In this document: positions 1-9,309 of the stretch, in pieces
Numbering within the stretch: the stretch's first letter is position 1
Layout of the letters: every line of letters begins with the position of its first letter
Assembly (NCBI RefSeq): GCF_019464535.1
Contig: NZ_CP080507.1
Coordinates: 300,001-332,000 of the forward strand
Reading direction: 5' to 3'
Origin: Horticoccus luteus
Lineage (GTDB): Bacteria > Verrucomicrobiota > Verrucomicrobiia > Opitutales > Opitutaceae
DNA: 32,000 nt
Notes under the pieces: model-generated
Seen by the model: only the letters and a program-made list of their open reading frames with translations
Database searches by the model: none
What the model was told of the DNA's origin: nothing
Translations under genes and position numbers: made by a program

Positions 1-707
1 ACCACGCGCATTGCCGCCTTGCGGGACAACTGGGCGTTGTGATCGAGGACGACACGGTTGACGTTGTTCTCGCCGACTTGGTGCGTGATCGTGGTCGGGA
101 TCTTGCCGAACACCGGTTGCTTCGTGATGTAGTTGATCACGCCGCCCGGGTAGCCAGAACCGAAGAACACGGACGCCGGGCCTTTGACGACTTCAACACG
201 ATCAATGTTATTGATGTTGTAGGCGTTGTAGCGCGCGACACCGTTGCGGAGGATGGAGTTAACACCGAAACCGCGGAGGGTGAAGCCGCCTTGCGGCGTG
301 GCCGAGTTGGCCGGACGAGCCATCGTGAAACGGTTGTCGCCCGAACCCGAAGACGAATAACGGAAGATATCCGTGATGGAACGGATGTTGTTATCGTCGA
401 TAAAATCCTTCGCCATCACCGACACGGAGATCGGGATGTTTTGGATTGGCATGTTGATACGGGTCGCCGTCACCGAATTGGTGCGGAGGTAGCCCGTATC
501 CTTCTCGCTCGTCACCTGGAAGGGTGACAGCGTCTGCACCTCGTCGTCGGACGGGGTCGCATCAGTGGTCGTCGTTGTCGTCGTCGTGGTTGTCTTGGCT
601 GTTTGGGCCCAGACGGACGTCGTCAACGAAACCGCGGCCATGGCCGCCAAGCAAGCGACCAAGGAGACCTTGGTCCTGCGCAATGGATAGCTAGGTTGTT
701 GTTTCAT
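1..707 (-). CDS. TonB-dependent receptor, N-terminal part (gene continues past position 1)
   Basis: Own translation of the minus strand from the ATG at 707-705 gives MKQQPSYPLRRTKVSLVACLAAMAAVSLTTSVWAQ (signal peptide). A Thr-rich linker follows, then plug-domain-like text: LSPFQVTSEKDTGYLRTNSVTATRINMPIQNIPISVSVM...IDRVEVVKGPASVFFGSGYPGGVINYITK. It is absent from the ORF track because there is no stop inside the window. The + ORF 39..527 is its antisense shadow. Confidence 0.85.
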   Translation of the reverse strand, partial: MKQQPSYPLRRTKVSLVACLAAMAAVSLTTSVWAQTAKTTTTTTTTTTDATPSDDEVQTLSPFQVTSEKDTGYLRTNSVTATRINMPIQNIPISVSVMAKDFIDDNNIRSITDIFRYSSSGSGDNRFTMARPANSATPQGGFTLRGFGVNSILRNGVARYNAYNINNIDRVEVVKGPASVFFGSGYPGGVINYITKQPVFGKIPTTITHQVGENNVNRVVLDHNAQLSRKAAMRV

Positions 708-817
708 TATTATGTGGTTTGTAGTTTCCGGTTTTGGGCCGGTAGGGACCGATCCAAAATGCGGGAAATTTGTTAGGGAAAAGATTGAACGGCGCAAGAG
801 GTATCGGGCCTGAACGA

Positions 818-1858
818 TCAGGCGCTCAGCCGGGAGGCTTGCGGGTGAGTGAGCAGGGTGGGCGAAACGCTCACGCCGATTCGGCCCGTCGTGCGCGGAT
901 TCTCGATGCGCCAGACCAAATGGTCGACGACTTGGCGGACGAGCGTGGGGAGGTTGATGTCGAGGGCGGCCGGAAGGTGATCCAAATTGTGGTAGATCAC
1001 CGGGTTGTAATTTCCCAGGAGCGTCTCCACGTCGCGATCAGAACGAACGCCCGCCTGGCGCAGAGCGCGGAAAAACGAGCCGCAAAAATGGTCCACCGGC
1101 AGATAGAGGCCGGTGGGACGCGGGTTGGCTTGGACGACGCGGCGGGCGAGCGATTCGCTCTCTTCGTGCATCGGCGCGGTCTCGAGATAACTGGTGTTCG
1201 GCTTCGACCGCCCCAGGATGGTGTGGGCGGTAAGGCCGATTTCCTTGGCGCGATCCAGAAAAGCCCGCACCCGCCAGGCGACGGCGGAATAATCGGGATC
1301 CGGGGAAATGACGGCGACCACCTTGTGACCACGCGTTTGGAGGTAATCGGCGGCGGCGCGACCGTTCTCGGTGTTGTCCGGCTCAACGTAATCGCCCGCG
1401 TAGCTCATCGAGCGGCGGGTCATAAACCAAACGCGGGGTAAATCCCCCAGGCGCTGGAGACAAGCGGGAGAGGGTTCCATGCCTTGCACGATCACGCCGT
1501 CGACCTGGCGTTCGGCCAGTGGGCGGGGGAGATCGTCGGGCGAATCAGAGAATAATACCGTCAACTCGACTCGTTGGCGTTCGTTGGCGGGCTGGACGTG
1601 CAGCAACTGGTCTTGAAACCAATTGTGACTGGTATTGCGACGTGCGCCGACGAACCACACCGCGATTTTCTTGGGCGCGGCAAGGCGGGATTTGGGTCCG
1701 CGGCGGCGATTGAGCGGCGTGGGCGTGTAGCTCACCGCTTGCATCACGGCTTGGACGCGCGCCAAGCGATCAGGCGCTACCAAGTGCGGCTGATTAATGA
1801 CGCGTGAAACCGTCGCGGGAGAGACTTTTGCCTTACGGGCAATGTCGGCAATGAGCAT
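818..1858 (-). CDS. LacI-family transcriptional regulator
   Basis: 346-aa ORF. The N-terminal HTH reads MLIADIARKAKVSPATVSRVINQ. The rest looks like a periplasmic-binding-protein-like sugar-sensing domain. Confidence 0.9.
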   Translation of the reverse strand: MLIADIARKAKVSPATVSRVINQPHLVAPDRLARVQAVMQAVSYTPTPLNRRRGPKSRLAAPKKIAVWFVGARRNTSHNWFQDQLLHVQPANERQRVELTVLFSDSPDDLPRPLAERQVDGVIVQGMEPSPACLQRLGDLPRVWFMTRRSMSYAGDYVEPDNTENGRAAADYLQTRGHKVVAVISPDPDYSAVAWRVRAFLDRAKEIGLTAHTILGRSKPNTSYLETAPMHEESESLARRVVQANPRPTGLYLPVDHFCGSFFRALRQAGVRSDRDVETLLGNYNPVIYHNLDHLPAALDINLPTLVRQVVDHLVWRIENPRTTGRIGVSVSPTLLTHPQASRLSA

Positions 1859-1974
1859 GATCGGGGTAAAAGTGCCGTGAAACTTTCAGAAAGGCTCGTG
1901 AACGGGCATGGGAGGGTCAAGAGTTTTCCCCTCCCGAAGTCTGGCATAGCGCGCACGGGGAAACCCCGATGGCT

Positions 1975-2841
1975 CTAGGCGGAAGCGCCGCGTTGGGCAG
2001 CCTCACGCCACGCGCTGGCATACTCGCGGCGCGCGATCAACACGTCGTCCCACACGGGCGGGTTGGTGCTGACGTGATAGCCGTGGCTCATCCCGAGTTC
2101 CGGGCAGACCCAGAGTTCGGCGGGGCGTTTCGGCCCGGCGAGCCAGAGGGCGAAGAGGTCCACGACGAACGCCCGATAGTCGATGAATTCCGGAGTCAGG
2201 CGTCCGCGGCCGTTGCTGACCGGCACCTGGCAGTGCTGGGAATTGAAGGGCCGGAGGTGGAAAAGTTGCGAATGTTGGATGAGCTTGGGCCAGACCAAAA
2301 GCCGCCGCGAATAATCGGCGGGTTGCACATGCTTCGAAACCGCGAAATGCGAATGATCCCACGTCACCGGCATGAGGCGACCCGTGGCCCGGCGAAACAG
2401 CCGGGCGATTTCGTCGAATTTCTCCGGCGTTTCCGTCGCTGTGTCGCGGTGGGTTTCAATATGCGGCCGCAGTCCGAGGGCGGCGCCGAGTTCCACGACC
2501 TTGACCGCGAGGGCGGCGGCGGTCGCGGGCGGGGTGTCGTGGTTCAAAAGCTGGACGTTCAGCAGCTCGACACCAAGGTCGAGATTGAGCTGCAATTGCT
2601 CGCGGGCCCGGCGCACGTTCCCGCAGTCGAAGCCGCCCATGACGAGGAGGCCGAATTGGTCCGCAAGCCGGCGAACCTCGGGCGAGGCGAGGGTGGCGAC
2701 GCCGTCGAAACCGGCTTCCTTGATGGCGGCGAATTTGCGTTCGAGGGACCATTCCCGCTTCGCGGAAGGAAGGCCGATCATCGACCAAGTCGATGCGCAT
2801 TGGATGAGACGCGGGGTCGTGGGAGCAGGGGTGGGTTTCAT
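1975..2841 (-). CDS. Sugar phosphate isomerase/epimerase-like protein (xylose-isomerase-like TIM barrel)
   Basis: 288-aa ORF with family-typical text (KFAAIKEAGFDGV, HIETHRDT, WDHSHF). It is divergent from the T1 gene. The + ORF 1969.. covering it is an upstream extension artefact. Confidence 0.75.
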   Translation of the reverse strand: MKPTPAPTTPRLIQCASTWSMIGLPSAKREWSLERKFAAIKEAGFDGVATLASPEVRRLADQFGLLVMGGFDCGNVRRAREQLQLNLDLGVELLNVQLLNHDTPPATAAALAVKVVELGAALGLRPHIETHRDTATETPEKFDEIARLFRRATGRLMPVTWDHSHFAVSKHVQPADYSRRLLVWPKLIQHSQLFHLRPFNSQHCQVPVSNGRGRLTPEFIDYRAFVVDLFALWLAGPKRPAELWVCPELGMSHGYHVSTNPPVWDDVLIARREYASAWREAAQRGASA

Positions 2842-2850
2842 ACTGAATTT

Positions 2851-2866
2851 TCAGCGAAAATGCTGA
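2851..2866. promoter_or_regulatory. Imperfect palindrome TCAGCgaaaatGCTGA in the AT-rich divergent intergenic region; candidate operator
   Basis: The 72-bp intergenic region 2842..2913 lies between divergent genes. It is much more AT-rich than its surroundings and contains 5-bp inverted half-sites. A LacI regulator is encoded nearby. Binding is not shown. Confidence 0.25.
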
Positions 2867-2913
2867 TTGAATTACAGAAATACACCAGCCTAAGCTCAAA
2901 ATTCCCCGCCGGC

Positions 2914-4842
2914 ATGAAAACGAACGCTGCTTTCTCCCTTATCCTTGTAAGTTGCTGGCTGGCCGTCGCCGGGGTGGCTCGAGCGGCGGAAGCGCGTCCG
3001 CTTTCGCTGGCGGATGCGGACATTGCGCAACGGTTCGTGACGCGGCGCGAGCTGGTGCTGAAAGAAACCGCGGCGGGCATCGATCCGGCCGATCCATCCA
3101 AGGGCGGCTTTTTGAACGTCGCCGCGTGCCTGCAGCGGGGTGAAAACCGGGCCGCGGCGCTCGCGCGATTCGCGAAGCTCAACGAGCCGATGCCGGTGGA
3201 TAACATGTTTTGGGTCTATCCGATGGTGACGGTGATGTTGACCGGGCACGACAACCTCGATGCGGCGAGCTGGGCGCGCATTCGCGAGCTGTGGAAGATT
3301 TATTGGCCGAGCCGGGGGGACACCGAAAATCACTGGGTGATTTCCTACGCCGGGCTTTATCTGGCGGCGCAAACCCTCCCGCCCGCGGGCGGCGATCAAT
3401 GGTTCAACGGCCAGTCTTCCGCCGAAAACATGAAAGAGGCGCGTGATTACTTGCTGCACTGGATCGACGTGACGACCGCTTACGGCCAGGGCGAATACGA
3501 CTCGCCCAACTACATCGAGGAATACGCGATGCCGCTCAGTTTGCTGGCGGGGTGGTCCAAGGATCCGGTGCTGCGCGAGAAGGCGCGGATGCTGTTGGAC
3601 TATATTTTCTATGATTTCGTCGTCGAGCAAGTCGACGGCTACTACGGCGGCGCGCACAGCCGCGTCTATCCGAAGCAAGCGGTGGCGCCCGGCCGCACGC
3701 CGAGCTCGGCGCTGGCGTGGCTCCTGTTCGGGTTGGGTGACCGCCAAGCGGGCGCCGGAGCGACGGTGGTCGCGCTCAGCGGCTACACGCCGCCCCCGAT
3801 TTTGGAACGCATCGCACGCGACATGACGGTGCGACCCTACGTCGAACGCGAACTCAAGCGCACGCGCTGGCGGCTGCGGCACGCGGGCCCGGATTCCTTT
3901 GTGATCGGCGACAAGCGCACCGTGCCGGTCTATAAATACAGCTACGTGGATCGCGACTTCGTCCTCGGCTCGTCGCAAGGCGGCTTGTTGCAACCGATCC
4001 AGCAGCAGACGTGGAGCCTCGTGTGGCGCACGGACAAGAGCACGGCCGATGCGGCCAACACGTTTTTCGGGGTGCAGCCGAGCTCGTCGGCCTTGGAAGG
4101 CGCGATGTATTTCGGGGGCGACGCTGACACGCTGGCGAACCTGATTGCGCGCTCGAAGGCGGACTACGATTCGCCGGATAAACTCACGGGCGGCTCGCCT
4201 TATGAGCAGGTGTTTCAGGACGGCACGGCGTTGATCGCGCTCTACGACATCGCGCCGGGGGCGCGATTCCCGCATATCACGACGTTTTTCTCGCGCGATC
4301 TCACGGGGGTCGACGAAGACAAATCCGGGTGGATTTTCGCGCAAGGCGGACCCGTTTACATCGCTTACCGGCCGTTGGCGCCGGGCGAGTGGAAGCCCTA
4401 CGACTGGACGGGACTTTTGCGCCACGGCGGGGGCGGCTGGATCAGCGCGGGTTTTGCGGACTGGGGCACGGGCCACCGCTGCTACGTGAGCTCACAATTG
4501 CGCAACGGCTACGTGGTGCAGGTGGCGCCCACGCGGGATTACGCGAGCTTCAACGCGTTCAAATCGGCGGTGCGCGCGTTGCCGCTGACATATTCGACGA
4601 AGGACAAACCCCAGGTGACGTTCACCGCGCTCGGAGGCCAACGCCTGCAGGCGCGTTACGGCGAGCCACCGACAGTCGACGGAAAATCGCCGGACTACGC
4701 GCACTGGCCGTTGTTTGACGGCCCGTTTGCGCACGAAGCGCGCGGCAGCGGCAAACTCGACCTGCGCCACGGGGGCGAGCGCTTGCTGCTCGATTTCAAC
4801 CACACCCGCACTGAGGAGTCCGCCACCGCGGTCCAGCCATGA
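2914..4842 (+). CDS. Secreted ~640-aa protein of unassigned family, paralog T1 (helix-rich N-half, beta-rich C-half; candidate glycan-active enzyme)
   Basis: Start chosen at MKTNAAFSLILVSCWLAVAGVARAAEA (signal peptide), in frame with track ORF 1969..4842. Motifs shared with T2/T3: GDTENHW, NGxSSAENxxEARxYLxxWxDxTTxxGQGEYxSPxYIxEY, SPYEQVFQD, ALYDIAPG, FFSxDL..EDxSGWIFAxGG..YxAYRPLAP. I cannot assign a named family. Confidence 0.8.
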   Translation: MKTNAAFSLILVSCWLAVAGVARAAEARPLSLADADIAQRFVTRRELVLKETAAGIDPADPSKGGFLNVAACLQRGENRAAALARFAKLNEPMPVDNMFWVYPMVTVMLTGHDNLDAASWARIRELWKIYWPSRGDTENHWVISYAGLYLAAQTLPPAGGDQWFNGQSSAENMKEARDYLLHWIDVTTAYGQGEYDSPNYIEEYAMPLSLLAGWSKDPVLREKARMLLDYIFYDFVVEQVDGYYGGAHSRVYPKQAVAPGRTPSSALAWLLFGLGDRQAGAGATVVALSGYTPPPILERIARDMTVRPYVERELKRTRWRLRHAGPDSFVIGDKRTVPVYKYSYVDRDFVLGSSQGGLLQPIQQQTWSLVWRTDKSTADAANTFFGVQPSSSALEGAMYFGGDADTLANLIARSKADYDSPDKLTGGSPYEQVFQDGTALIALYDIAPGARFPHITTFFSRDLTGVDEDKSGWIFAQGGPVYIAYRPLAPGEWKPYDWTGLLRHGGGGWISAGFADWGTGHRCYVSSQLRNGYVVQVAPTRDYASFNAFKSAVRALPLTYSTKDKPQVTFTALGGQRLQARYGEPPTVDGKSPDYAHWPLFDGPFAHEARGSGKLDLRHGGERLLLDFNHTRTEESATAVQP

Positions 4843-5855
4843 AACTGCCCCCCGTATTTTCGTTCGCCGCCCTGAGTCTCGCGTTCGCCGGTTCGATCGC
4901 ATGTGCCGCGGAACCGGCGCCGACGGCGCATCGGCTCTACACTGCCGTGGCGATGACCGGGCAACAGCACAACACCTCGGTGCCGACCGATTCCGGACTC
5001 TATTTCCGTGAAGGCGCGAACCAGTGGGCGCATTTTGGTCCGCGCGTGCTGGGCGTGATGACCGTCGCGGTCGATCCGCGCGATCCGCAGGTGTCGCTGA
5101 TCGCGAGTGCGGATGGCGTGGTGCGGTCGGCGGATGGCGGCCGGACTTGGCGCAAGACGACTGGTTGGGAAGTGGCGGATGTGCGCGCCATCGTCTTTGA
5201 CGAGCAACGCCCCGAGCTCGCTTATGCCGCGACCGCGTGGGGTCCGCTGCGATCGACGGACGCGGGTGCCACGTGGCAGCTCGCGCAAAAAGGTTTGCCG
5301 CGGTTGTATGGTCAGACGCTGGTCGTGGAGCCGCAGGGCCGTATTTTACTCGGCACGGAGAAAGGGTTGTTCGCCTCCACCGATCGCGCGCAGTCGTGGC
5401 ACGCGCTGACGTTTCCCGAGGTCTCGGTGCTGCGGCTCGCGCAAAGCCGCGCGGATGCCAAGGTGCTCGTGGCCGGCACGGAAGGGCGCGGCGCGTGGTT
5501 GTCGCGCGACGGAGCGAAAACGTGGACGCAAATTTCCCACGTGCCCGCGACCGCGAATGTCTATGCGGCGGCGGCGGACCCGTTGGATTCGCAACGGCTC
5601 GCGGTCGGCGGTTGGAGCATCGGCGTGCGCTGGTCGAACGACGGCGGCGCCACGTGGCGCGATGCGACGGCGGGGCTGCCGGCCGGCAACGTGTTCGCGC
5701 TCGCTTTCGATCCCGACCACGCCGGCCGCTTGTGGGCGGGAGTCTTTGAGCGCGGCATTTACTATAGCGACGATGACGGCGCGTCGTGGATCGCCGACGG
5801 TCTGGACGGCGCCTACGTATTCGATTTCGTCTTCGCCGCGGCGCCCACGAAGTAA
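4839..5855 (+). CDS. Secreted BNR/Asp-box repeat beta-propeller protein, paralog B1
   Basis: 338 aa with an N-terminal signal peptide. Six Asp-box (SxDxGxTW) repeats: SADGGRTW, STDAGATW, STDRAQSW, SRDGAKTW, SNDGGATW, SDDDGASW. Its ATG overlaps the T1 stop (ATGA at 4839-4842). Confidence 0.85.
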   Translation: MKLPPVFSFAALSLAFAGSIACAAEPAPTAHRLYTAVAMTGQQHNTSVPTDSGLYFREGANQWAHFGPRVLGVMTVAVDPRDPQVSLIASADGVVRSADGGRTWRKTTGWEVADVRAIVFDEQRPELAYAATAWGPLRSTDAGATWQLAQKGLPRLYGQTLVVEPQGRILLGTEKGLFASTDRAQSWHALTFPEVSVLRLAQSRADAKVLVAGTEGRGAWLSRDGAKTWTQISHVPATANVYAAAADPLDSQRLAVGGWSIGVRWSNDGGATWRDATAGLPAGNVFALAFDPDHAGRLWAGVFERGIYYSDDDGASWIADGLDGAYVFDFVFAAAPTK

Positions 5856-5989
5856 AATGACCGACCGGGGGCGCGACTTTCCGCGATGCGCAGCGCGCCG
5901 GGCGCGGCGACCGGAACATTGTTCGGCCAATGCGGTAACTGGGCCGCTCCGCGGTCGGCCGCCCTCTGCGGCGGCTCTTCACTTTTCTC

Positions 5990-8434
5990 ATGTCTGCAAC
6001 TCCTTTCGTTAATTCCGCCAGTTGGATTTGGTCCGCCGAGGGCTCGCACAGCGCTCCGGCGCCCGAGGCCGCGACGCCATCGCACTACCAGGTGCGCTAT
6101 TTTCGGCGCACGTTCGAGGTCGAGGATCCGACCGCGGCGACGTTGCGCGTGCAATTGTCGGCGGACAGCCGCTACCTGTTTTTTTGCAACGGCAACTTTA
6201 TCGGCCGCGGGCCGGCGAAGGGGGACATCAACCACCATTTCTACGACTCGTTTGATTTGACGCCGTATTTGCGCGCGGGGCGCAACGTCCTCGCGGCGCT
6301 CGTGCTCGACATGTCCCACGTGGCGCACCGTCCGGCATTGCTCGGGCCGCCGTGTTCGGTGATGACTTACACGGGCGGTTTCGTGCTGGAAGGCGAGTTG
6401 CGCGGGCGCACGGGGGAGACCGTGGCGGATTTGCGCACGGGCGCCGAATGGAGAGTGGCGGTGGACAAGGCGCATCGTTTTCAAAACGAGAACACGACCT
6501 TCGAGGGTTACCTCGGGTATTTCGAACATCGCCTGTCGGCGTTGATCCCTGCGGGGTGGAACACCGCCGATTTCGACGACTCGGCCTGGGCGGAGGCGCA
6601 CGTGTTGTTCAAAGCGGAGCTGCTCGAAAACCGCCGCGACCCGTCGAGCCCTTACGGTTTGCTGCCGCGCATGATTCCGATGCTGGAAGAGGGAACGCCG
6701 CAGATTTTTGCGGATGCGTTTCTCCAAGGCGGCGCGCCGGTGTCGGCCGAGTGGCAACGGTTGTTGATCGGCGACGCGGCGCTGACGCTGCCGGCGGGTG
6801 CGACCGTGGATGTGGTTCTCGACGTGGGCGAACTCACCACGGCGTTTCCGCATCTGCTCGTCGCGGGCGGCGCGGGGAGCGTGCTGCGGCTGACTTACGC
6901 GGAAGCGTTGCGGCTGCCGTGGAAGACGCCGAATGCCCAACTGATCGGCAAACAACAATCCCTCGCGAACCTCGCTTCGCATTTTGCCGACGAGAGCTCG
7001 GGCTGGACGTTCGATCGCCGCGGCAAGGTGACAGGCTGGGGCGACATTTGGGAACCGTCGGGCCAGGTGGAGCTTTTCGAGCCGCTGCACTGGCGGGCGT
7101 TTCGCTACATCGGCCTGCGGATCGTGGTCGGCGCGGAGCCGCTCACGTTGCGGGCGTTGCAACATCGGTTCACGGCCTATCCCTACCGCATCGCGGCGAA
7201 ATTTGAGTCGTCGGACGCCGCGTTGAACCGCATCTGGCCGGTCGCGTTGCACACGATGCGGTTGTGTTCGCACGAGACGTTTGAGGACTGCCCGCACTAC
7301 GAGCAGATGCAGTATGCGGGCGACACGATGATCACCTCGAAGATCGCGATGCTCACGACGGGCGATTACCGCCTGAGCAAGCAGGCGCTGCATCATTTCG
7401 ACTGGTCGCGGTTGTCCGATGGGTTGACGCAGAGCCGGTTTCCCTCGCGCCTCGTGCAGGTGATTCCCACGTGGTCGTTGCACTGGATCACCAACACCAA
7501 GGATTACGTGATGTGCTCGGGCGATCTCGGGACGGCGAAGGAGCTGCTGCCGGGCGTGCGCGCCGTGACGGACTGGTTCCGGCGGCACACGGATGCCAGC
7601 GGCCTGCCCGCGAAACTTCCGTATTGGAATATCACGGACTGGTGCCCGTGGTGGCCGCGCGGCGTCGTGCCCGGAGCGGACACCGGGCCGACGACGATTC
7701 TCAGCGCGCAATACATCCAGGCGTTGACGGAAGTCGCCTGGCTCGCGCGCTTGCTCGGGCGCGACAGCGAGGCCCGCGAGCTTGAGGCCGAGGCGATGAC
7801 GCTGCGGCCGAAGCTGCACGCGCTCACGTGGAGCGAGAGCGAAGGGCTTTACTTTGACCGGCCGGGCGGGCCGGAAGTCAGCCAATACGGCAACGCGTGG
7901 GCAATCGTGGCGGGCATCGCGGGCGAGCGCGAACGCCGCCGGATCTTCGAACGATTCCCCAATGATCCCAAACTCGCGCCGGGATCGTTTTTCTGGTGGC
8001 ACACGGGCTTCGCCGCGCTGGCCGCGGCGGGCCGGTTCGACGAGATGCCGCAACATCTCGGGCCGTGGCACGAGTCGATCGGCTTCGGCCTCTCGACGTT
8101 CGTGGAGGAGAACTCCTATTGGCGCTCGATGTGTCACGCATGGTCGGCGCATCCCGCGCTCGCGTTTCTGCAAGGCATCCTGGGCGTGACGCCGACGGCG
8201 CCGGGCTTCGCGGAGGTTTTGATCGCCCCGCAGCGCTGCGGACTCACGCATGCCTCCGGCCGCGTGTGCACGCCGCAGGGTGGCATCGACGTCGCGTGGC
8301 GGATGGAATCGGACCACGACTTCCGCCTCCAAATCACCACTCCGGCTTCGCTCGCCGTGACCGTGGTTGCACCCAATGGAGCCCGGCGATCCTTCGCCGG
8401 GGGAGCCTTTGCCGAAACGTTTTCCCTCACATGA
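5990..8434 (+). CDS. GH78-like alpha-L-rhamnosidase family protein (no signal peptide)
   Basis: 814 aa. The N-terminus is rhamnosidase-N-like (SWIWSAE...YFRRTFEV...YLFFCNGNFIGRGP...FDLTPYLRAGRNV). A six-hairpin catalytic-domain motif, ETFEDCPHYEQMQYAGD, is present. Confidence 0.75.
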   Translation: MSATPFVNSASWIWSAEGSHSAPAPEAATPSHYQVRYFRRTFEVEDPTAATLRVQLSADSRYLFFCNGNFIGRGPAKGDINHHFYDSFDLTPYLRAGRNVLAALVLDMSHVAHRPALLGPPCSVMTYTGGFVLEGELRGRTGETVADLRTGAEWRVAVDKAHRFQNENTTFEGYLGYFEHRLSALIPAGWNTADFDDSAWAEAHVLFKAELLENRRDPSSPYGLLPRMIPMLEEGTPQIFADAFLQGGAPVSAEWQRLLIGDAALTLPAGATVDVVLDVGELTTAFPHLLVAGGAGSVLRLTYAEALRLPWKTPNAQLIGKQQSLANLASHFADESSGWTFDRRGKVTGWGDIWEPSGQVELFEPLHWRAFRYIGLRIVVGAEPLTLRALQHRFTAYPYRIAAKFESSDAALNRIWPVALHTMRLCSHETFEDCPHYEQMQYAGDTMITSKIAMLTTGDYRLSKQALHHFDWSRLSDGLTQSRFPSRLVQVIPTWSLHWITNTKDYVMCSGDLGTAKELLPGVRAVTDWFRRHTDASGLPAKLPYWNITDWCPWWPRGVVPGADTGPTTILSAQYIQALTEVAWLARLLGRDSEARELEAEAMTLRPKLHALTWSESEGLYFDRPGGPEVSQYGNAWAIVAGIAGERERRRIFERFPNDPKLAPGSFFWWHTGFAALAAAGRFDEMPQHLGPWHESIGFGLSTFVEENSYWRSMCHAWSAHPALAFLQGILGVTPTAPGFAEVLIAPQRCGLTHASGRVCTPQGGIDVAWRMESDHDFRLQITTPASLAVTVVAPNGARRSFAGGAFAETFSLT

Positions 8435-9309
8435 AATCCCTGCGTCTGCATCACGAAGCCGGTCGCGCGGTGGCGGTGGCGTTGGCCGGCGAGGCCGGCG
8501 CGCCGGAAGCGCTGCTTTGCCGGTATGTCTATGCGAGCGCGGAGGCGGCCAATGAATCGCCGCGCCCGTATTTTCACCCGTTGAATTCGCTCGCGGGCGA
8601 TACGTTGACGAATTTCCGGCCCAACGATCATCCGTGGCACCACGGCCTCAGCCTTACGGTAAATCACGCGGGCACCGCGAATTTCTGGGGCGGACCGACC
8701 TGCCTGCGGCCCGACGGTTACCAGTGGCGCGACGACCACGGCGCGCAACATCATCTCGAGTGGTCGACGCTGGCCGCCGAGGGCGCCACCGCGACGCTGG
8801 CGCACACGCTCGCCTGGCGCCGGAGCGGGGAAACGATTTTCACGGAACGCCGCGAAATCGTCCTCGCGCTCGATGCGGCCGGTCACGCCTGGTCGTTGCA
8901 CTGGCGCAGTGCGCTGCGCAACGCGACGACGCGGGACCTCGCGCTCGGCAATCCGAGCTCCGCGGGCGGTCTGGCGGGTTCGCACTACACGGGGTTGCAG
9001 TTTCGCGGCGCGCGGGCGCTGCTCGACGATCACCTCGACAAGACCATCGAGATCATCGCGGAAGGCGGCCTCACGGGAGAAAAGGCCGTGCACGGCGCGA
9101 AAGCCGGTTGGATGGAGTGGCACGCGCAGAGCGATACGACGCTGCACCGCGTGAAAATCCGTTTCACCAACAACAGCGGGCCGCTGCAGTGGTTTGTGCG
9201 TCGCGGATATCCGCTCGCGGCATTTCCTTTCCAGGCAGATCAGGATTATGTCTTGGCGCCGGGCGCGACCCTGTCGCTCGACCACACCCTCACGTTCACC
9301 CAATCATGA
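8431..9309 (+). CDS. DUF6807 / PmoA-like family protein
   Basis: Start at MKSLRLHH (ATG 8431) overlaps the GH78 stop (ATGA). The family-typical segment is RPYFHPLNSLAGDTLTNFRPNDHPWHHGLSLTVNHAGTANFWGG. The track ORF 7996.. is an upstream extension. Confidence 0.7.
   Translation: MKSLRLHHEAGRAVAVALAGEAGAPEALLCRYVYASAEAANESPRPYFHPLNSLAGDTLTNFRPNDHPWHHGLSLTVNHAGTANFWGGPTCLRPDGYQWRDDHGAQHHLEWSTLAAEGATATLAHTLAWRRSGETIFTERREIVLALDAAGHAWSLHWRSALRNATTRDLALGNPSSAGGLAGSHYTGLQFRGARALLDDHLDKTIEIIAEGGLTGEKAVHGAKAGWMEWHAQSDTTLHRVKIRFTNNSGPLQWFVRRGYPLAAFPFQADQDYVLAPGATLSLDHTLTFTQS

Noticed and set aside
39-527. Plus-strand ORF of 162 aa at the window start.
   Set aside because: It is antisense to a clear TonB-dependent receptor plug domain read on the minus strand, and it has no motifs of its own.
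1969-2913. Long N-terminal extensions of track ORFs (1969.., 7996.., 8634.., 11064.., 15136.., 18574.., 22121..).
   Set aside because: The extensions overlap the upstream gene in another frame and are Arg/Pro-rich. An internal start gives a signal peptide or a canonical N-terminus, often with an ATGA overlap to the upstream stop.
5813-8332. Very long minus-strand ORFs opposite annotated genes: 5813..8332, 12170..14905, 15082..17289, 2896..4476, 4492..5991, 18589..20409, 20527..22233, 22874..24229, 30664..31986.
   Set aside because: The translations are Arg/Pro/Ala/Gly-rich and low-complexity, with no recognisable motifs. They lie exactly antisense to ORFs with clear family signatures. This is the typical open-antisense-frame artefact of high-GC DNA.
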